The notes under the pieces: generated by a model
Told to the model about the DNA's origin: nothing
Seen by the model: only the letters and a program-made list of their open reading frames with translations
The model's database searches: none
Shown here: positions 19,010 to 22,476 of the stretch, piece after piece
How positions within the stretch are numbered: the first letter of the stretch is position 1
Layout of the letters: every line of letters starts with the position of its first letter
Program-made: the position numbers and the translations under genes
DNA from: Nannocystales bacterium
Lineage (GTDB): Bacteria; Myxococcota_A; Polyangia; Nannocystales; Nannocystaceae
Length of the DNA: 22,476 nt
NCBI GenBank assembly: GCA_050633305.1
Contig: JBOEGF010000071.1
Span: 1-22,476, forward strand
Direction: 5' to 3'

Positions 19010-19789
19010 ATGACCAACACGAAGAAGAGAATCCACCCACTCTGCGAAAAGTACCCAGACGTCTCGAGCCCCGAGGCACACATCGCTTCCTTCGAAGCAG
19101 CCGCCCGCGACGCGGAGTCGTTCGAGGACGAAGACGTCCGCGAGAAACTCTGGCTCGGAGTTCAGGCCGGGGGAACGATCAGGAAAGTCGGTTCCAAGTA
19201 CGCCATCGTGGTCGACGTGCCTGAGAAGGCGCTCCGACACATCGCCCGGTACGAGCACGGCGAGAGGATCGGGTACTGGGATGGACACATGAGCCAACGG
19301 ATCTGGAACGAGCTGTTCCCGAACAACGAGCTTGGGCAGGAGCCGATTCCGGACCTTCCCCCGATGCCCAGTGTTGACGCGCTCGCGGCCGAACTCGCAT
19401 CCGATCGCGGGCTGTTTGGCTACACCACCGACGACGACGGCCTCATCGTTCACGCTCCGTTCGGTGGCGAGCCTGCCGGCGCGCAGACTCGTTTCGCGCT
19501 GAGGACTCGGACCTGGCCCGGGTCTATCGCGGCAGCCGCAGCCGCGGTGTCTCAGCTCCAGGGGTATGCGGCGCAACGAAACGAACTCGTCCTCGCGCTT
19601 TGCGGAGACGACACTCGGGCGGCCTGGTGCTCGTCCATGCGCGAGCGTGTCGAGGTTGTCGATGCGGTCGCACTCGGGGAGCTGCATCCGACCTCGGATG
19701 AGGAACTCACTCGTTGGGCGTTCGCGGACGCGTCGCGCTGGCGCCTCGCCCGGGCATCGTTCCTCCGTCTGCAACCCGCCGCAGAATGA
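19010..19789 (+). CDS. Hypothetical protein
   Basis: 259 aa with protein-like composition; stop overlaps the DUF2213 start (ATGA). Confidence 0.7.
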   Translation: MTNTKKRIHPLCEKYPDVSSPEAHIASFEAAARDAESFEDEDVREKLWLGVQAGGTIRKVGSKYAIVVDVPEKALRHIARYEHGERIGYWDGHMSQRIWNELFPNNELGQEPIPDLPPMPSVDALAAELASDRGLFGYTTDDDGLIVHAPFGGEPAGAQTRFALRTRTWPGSIAAAAAAVSQLQGYAAQRNELVLALCGDDTRAAWCSSMRERVEVVDAVALGELHPTSDEELTRWAFADASRWRLARASFLRLQPAAE

Positions 19790-20919
19790 AGCGCTATCGA
19801 CGATATGACTTCGTTTGCCCCTTCGTGTTCCGGGACGAGGCTCCATCCCGGACGGTTGGGTCAGCGACCCACACGGACGAGGGCTACCTGCAGGTCGACG
19901 GCTACCTCGCGCGCTCGGGCCTCCTCGAGTACTCCGACGGCGTCGAGAGCTGGACGGAGTACCGATCAAAGCAGGAGGTACACGAGGCTGCGGCCTCCTG
20001 GCTGCGCACGCCGGTCACCGACGAACACCCCGAAGAAATGGTCGACTCGTCCAACTGGACGCAGCTCGCCCGAGGCCATCTCCTCCACTCGGTCAGCATC
20101 GAGACGCTGGCGGACGGGGAAGACTACATCCGAGCTTCACTGCTCGTGACCGACTTGTCGCTCGTCGACAAGATCACCAACGCTCGCGGACCTCGCGAAC
20201 TCTCGATCGGATTCACGGCGGCAATCATGCCGACCGAGAACGGTCTCGCCGACGACGGCACCCGCTGCGACGCGGTCCAACTCTCACTCGAAGGAAACCA
20301 CGTCGCAGTGGTCTCCAAGGGCCGAGCAGGCCCCGCGGCGCGTCTCCTCATGGACGGAGCCGCCTACCTCAGCATGAACCCACGAATCGACACCTCCAAG
20401 AAGCTCGTACAGATCGTCGGCCCCGACGGTCGGCCCTTCCAGGCCCCCGCGTGGCTCGCTGCGATCTACGAGAAGACCCTGGTTCCCAGCCAGCCGCAGC
20501 CGGCCGCACCGGCAGCCCCAGCGGCTCCGCCTCCTGCACCCGCACCTGCGGCACCGGCAGCGCCGCAGGCACCGGCCATGGCCCAACTCGACGTCGCCGG
20601 GGAGTCGGTCGAACTCCCGCAACAGCTGGTGTCTCAGCTCCAGGCCTTTCTCGCGACGCCGGAGGGGCGGGCGGCCGAAGACCGCGCGATTGCGGAACGA
20701 GGACACGCGGCGGATGCCGCGGAGGTAACCAAGGAGTTCATGGTTCGCAGCGGCTTCGACGGAACAGGGGACATCTCCTATGCAATGTTTGAGGCATTCA
20801 AGCAGCGCAGGATGGCCGCTGCCGCTGCCGACGCGCCTCGACAGGACGCAGCGGACGAAGACGAGGTCGACGAGGACCATCCCGCGGTTCAGTTCATGGT
20901 CCGCAACGGCTACCGCTGA
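19786..20919 (+). CDS. DUF2213-family phage head protein (putative prohead protease with scaffold-like C-terminus)
   Basis: Motifs TDEGYL...ARSGLLEY, YRSKQEV, PVTDEHP, RELSIGF, DAVQ...NHVAVVSKGRAGPAARL, then a Pro/Ala linker and acidic tail. Start ATG 19786. Confidence 0.85.
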   Translation: MKRYRRYDFVCPFVFRDEAPSRTVGSATHTDEGYLQVDGYLARSGLLEYSDGVESWTEYRSKQEVHEAAASWLRTPVTDEHPEEMVDSSNWTQLARGHLLHSVSIETLADGEDYIRASLLVTDLSLVDKITNARGPRELSIGFTAAIMPTENGLADDGTRCDAVQLSLEGNHVAVVSKGRAGPAARLLMDGAAYLSMNPRIDTSKKLVQIVGPDGRPFQAPAWLAAIYEKTLVPSQPQPAAPAAPAAPPPAPAPAAPAAPQAPAMAQLDVAGESVELPQQLVSQLQAFLATPEGRAAEDRAIAERGHAADAAEVTKEFMVRSGFDGTGDISYAMFEAFKQRRMAAAAADAPRQDAADEDEVDEDHPAVQFMVRNGYR

Positions 20920-20932
20920 CGGAAGCCGGCCC

Positions 20933-20960
20933 GCCGCCACGTCACCTTCGGCGTGGCGGC
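20933..20960 (+). terminator. Hairpin after the DUF2213 gene (no U-tract)
   Basis: GCCGCCACG/CGTGGCGGC 9-bp stem. Confidence 0.35.
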
Positions 20961-21008
20961 CCAGAACGAGGACTGGATAGACCGCCGGCGAGGAGCTAGT
21001 GGTGGAGC

Positions 21009-21416
21009 GTGAAACGTCTCGCGCTTTCTTGTGTGCTGGTGCTCGGCTGCGACATGTCCGAGGAGGACATGCTCGCGGCGGAGGCGACGGAGATTCGATT
21101 CAGCGAGTCCGCTCCGGGTGACCCGGTGCGGGTCGACCCGTGCGACTACACCGACGACCCCGGATTCGTTCTCACGCCCGACGAGGTGTTGGTGCCGGAC
21201 CTGTGCCTCTCCCTGATCCCGAACGTCGAAAGCTGTTGGGTCTCAGACTACGACGAGCCCAACGACCTGGACCCACTCCCCGGAGCACCCGAACTCGACA
21301 TCTGGTGCGAGTTCGACTGCGACGGGGAGGGGCTCGAGGTCGCGCGTGTGCTGGCGAGCTTCCCTGGCCCCGACGAGGGGCCAGAGCACTACGCTATTCC
21401 GAATCCGTGTCTTTGA
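21009..21416 (+). CDS. Acidic Cys-containing lipoprotein
   Basis: GGAG RBS; MKRLALSCVLVLGC lipobox; six further Cys; Asp/Glu-rich. Confidence 0.65.
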   Translation: MKRLALSCVLVLGCDMSEEDMLAAEATEIRFSESAPGDPVRVDPCDYTDDPGFVLTPDEVLVPDLCLSLIPNVESCWVSDYDEPNDLDPLPGAPELDIWCEFDCDGEGLEVARVLASFPGPDEGPEHYAIPNPCL

Positions 21417-21528
21417 GTGGTGGGGAGGAGGAGTGACGCCTGGGATGCCTGTTCGCGTCGGACGCTGTGCTGCGGTGTCCAGAGCAACTTGGCCAACTCG
21501 CTACCTGGAGCGAGACGCTAGCCTCTGC

Positions 21529-21906
21529 TCACACATCTTCGCCGGCATCGGAGTCTTGGGCGTTGAGCTGTTCGACGGGGGATGGGAGCGGAACGGACTC
21601 TTTCTGCTCCTCGTGGGCCGGCACTCGAAGGTGCTCGAACCGGTAGATCGCGTAGAGGACCAACGAGGCGCCGAAGAAGCAGAATACGAGGCCCGGGCCG
21701 CCGCGGCCAAGCGTGAACTCCACCCCTTGACCGGCCGATTCCGGAAGCTTTGCGCGGATTTCGGCTCCGCCGAGGAACACACCTTCGATGAACAGTCTGT
21801 AGCCCAGGTACGCGAACATGCCGCCGAGGCCAGCGACAGATACAGGGAACCCGTTCTTCTTCGGGTCAAGGAGGGCCCCGAGTATGCGTTCGGCTGGTGA
21901 TGCCAT
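21529..21906 (-). CDS. Small two-TM membrane protein
   Basis: TM1 VSVAGLGGMFAYLGYRLFIEGV, a beta-like loop, TM2 GPGLVFCFFGASLVLYAI. Confidence 0.65.
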   Translation of the reverse strand: MASPAERILGALLDPKKNGFPVSVAGLGGMFAYLGYRLFIEGVFLGGAEIRAKLPESAGQGVEFTLGRGGPGLVFCFFGASLVLYAIYRFEHLRVPAHEEQKESVPLPSPVEQLNAQDSDAGEDV

Positions 21907-21984
21907 TCGTAGATATCGTGAGCCTAACAAGCTTGTCTGGAGGCCACCAGGGCATTCCCGACTAGCGCGCCCTCCGGCCGACGA

Positions 21985-22476
21985 CTAGTCGCCAGATTCC
22001 TGTGAATCCGCTGCGCGAACTTGGCAGCGACGGACGTCCCGGAGGAAATCCGGCATTTGAGGTCCGCAGATCGGTGCATCGCCCCCTAAGTGGAAGGTGT
22101 CGTCGTGTCGTTCGACATTCTCCGCGCCCACTAGGATCTCTAGACGCCGCGCGAGTTGTTCGGCGTCCCAACGTCCCCGTGCAACTAGGCGGACGGACAG
22201 ACCGTCGACACACACGACCTTCAAAACTCTGCACCGGTCGTGGGGGGGAGTGGCAGGCAAGCTGTCGGGGCGGGCGACCTCGTCGCGCTCCCCACCGTCC
22301 ACATCGTCCGGTGGAGAGAGCACTACTCCTCGGCCGGTCTCGTCGCGATCTCCACCGTCCACATCGTCCGGTGGCGCCAGCACTACGCCTTGGACGCCAG
22401 TATCGACCATCCCCGAGTTTAGTTGCCGATAGTTCTCTTGAGAACCGGCGATCCAGCGTAAGTCCTCGCCGTAGCA
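21985..22476 (-). CDS. Hypothetical protein, 5'-truncated by the window edge, with an internal 20-aa repeat
   Basis: The frame stays open from 22410 to the window end (CYGEDLRWIAGSQENYRQLNSG-M...). Confidence 0.5.
   Translation of the reverse strand, partial: CYGEDLRWIAGSQENYRQLNSGMVDTGVQGVVLAPPDDVDGGDRDETGRGVVLSPPDDVDGGERDEVARPDSLPATPPHDRCRVLKVVCVDGLSVRLVARGRWDAEQLARRLEILVGAENVERHDDTFHLGGDAPICGPQMPDFLRDVRRCQVRAADSQESGD
22279..22390. repeat. Two-copy tandem repeat, 60-bp period
   Basis: CTCGTCGCG...CCACCGTCCACATCGTCCGGTGG...AGCACTAC.CCT at 22279-22330 and 22339-22390; encodes GVVL(A/S)PPDDVDGG(D/E)RDE. Confidence 0.85.

Larger units (their letters stand above)
7552..22476. mobile_element. 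tRNA-Arg-integrated element with phage-satellite-like organisation; right boundary beyond the window
   Basis: tRNA fragment next to an integrase; RHH, AlpA/Xis, Prim-Pol/helicase, ori-like region, TerS-like and DUF2213 genes; no capsid, portal, TerL, complete tail or conjugation genes seen. Confidence 0.85.

Noticed and set aside
21346..21900. Plus-strand 184-aa ORF
   Set aside because: It overlaps the lipoprotein end and is antisense to the more protein-like 2TM gene.
22279..22390. CRISPR array
   Set aside because: Only two copies, 60-bp in-frame period with almost no unique spacer, inside an open frame, and no cas genes.
7552..22476. Complete prophage or conjugative ICE
   Set aside because: No MCP, portal, TerL, tail sheath/tube, lysis, relaxase or T4SS genes are recognisable in the window; cannot be excluded beyond the edge.

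Overview
High-GC window, probably from a Myxococcota-like bacterium (inferred from GC content and a Cys-rich 'GKADG' lipoprotein). Bases 1-7515 are host genes: an acyl-CoA carboxylase carboxyltransferase, a TPR-like lipoprotein, a frameshifted membrane protein, a membrane protein, a HAD phosphatase, an AraC regulator, a Cys-rich lipoprotein and a GFA-family protein. At 7517-7558 lies the 3' half of a tRNA-Arg(CCG), cut exactly at the anticodon loop and followed by a terminator. This is an attachment site. From there to the window end (>=14.9 kb, far boundary not visible) runs an integrated element with phage-satellite-like architecture. Its core is a tyrosine integrase, a divergent sigma70-like protein, RHH and AlpA/Xis regulators, a Prim-Pol/helicase followed by an ori-like inverted repeat, and a TerS-like protein. 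It also carries a serine recombinase, two paralogous membrane-anchored coiled-coil proteins, two small paralogs built from a baseplate-J-like motif, a stand-alone DUF2213 head protease/scaffold with no capsid, portal or TerL gene in view, and lipoprotein/2TM cargo. All family calls are from motif recognition by eye; no searches were run.
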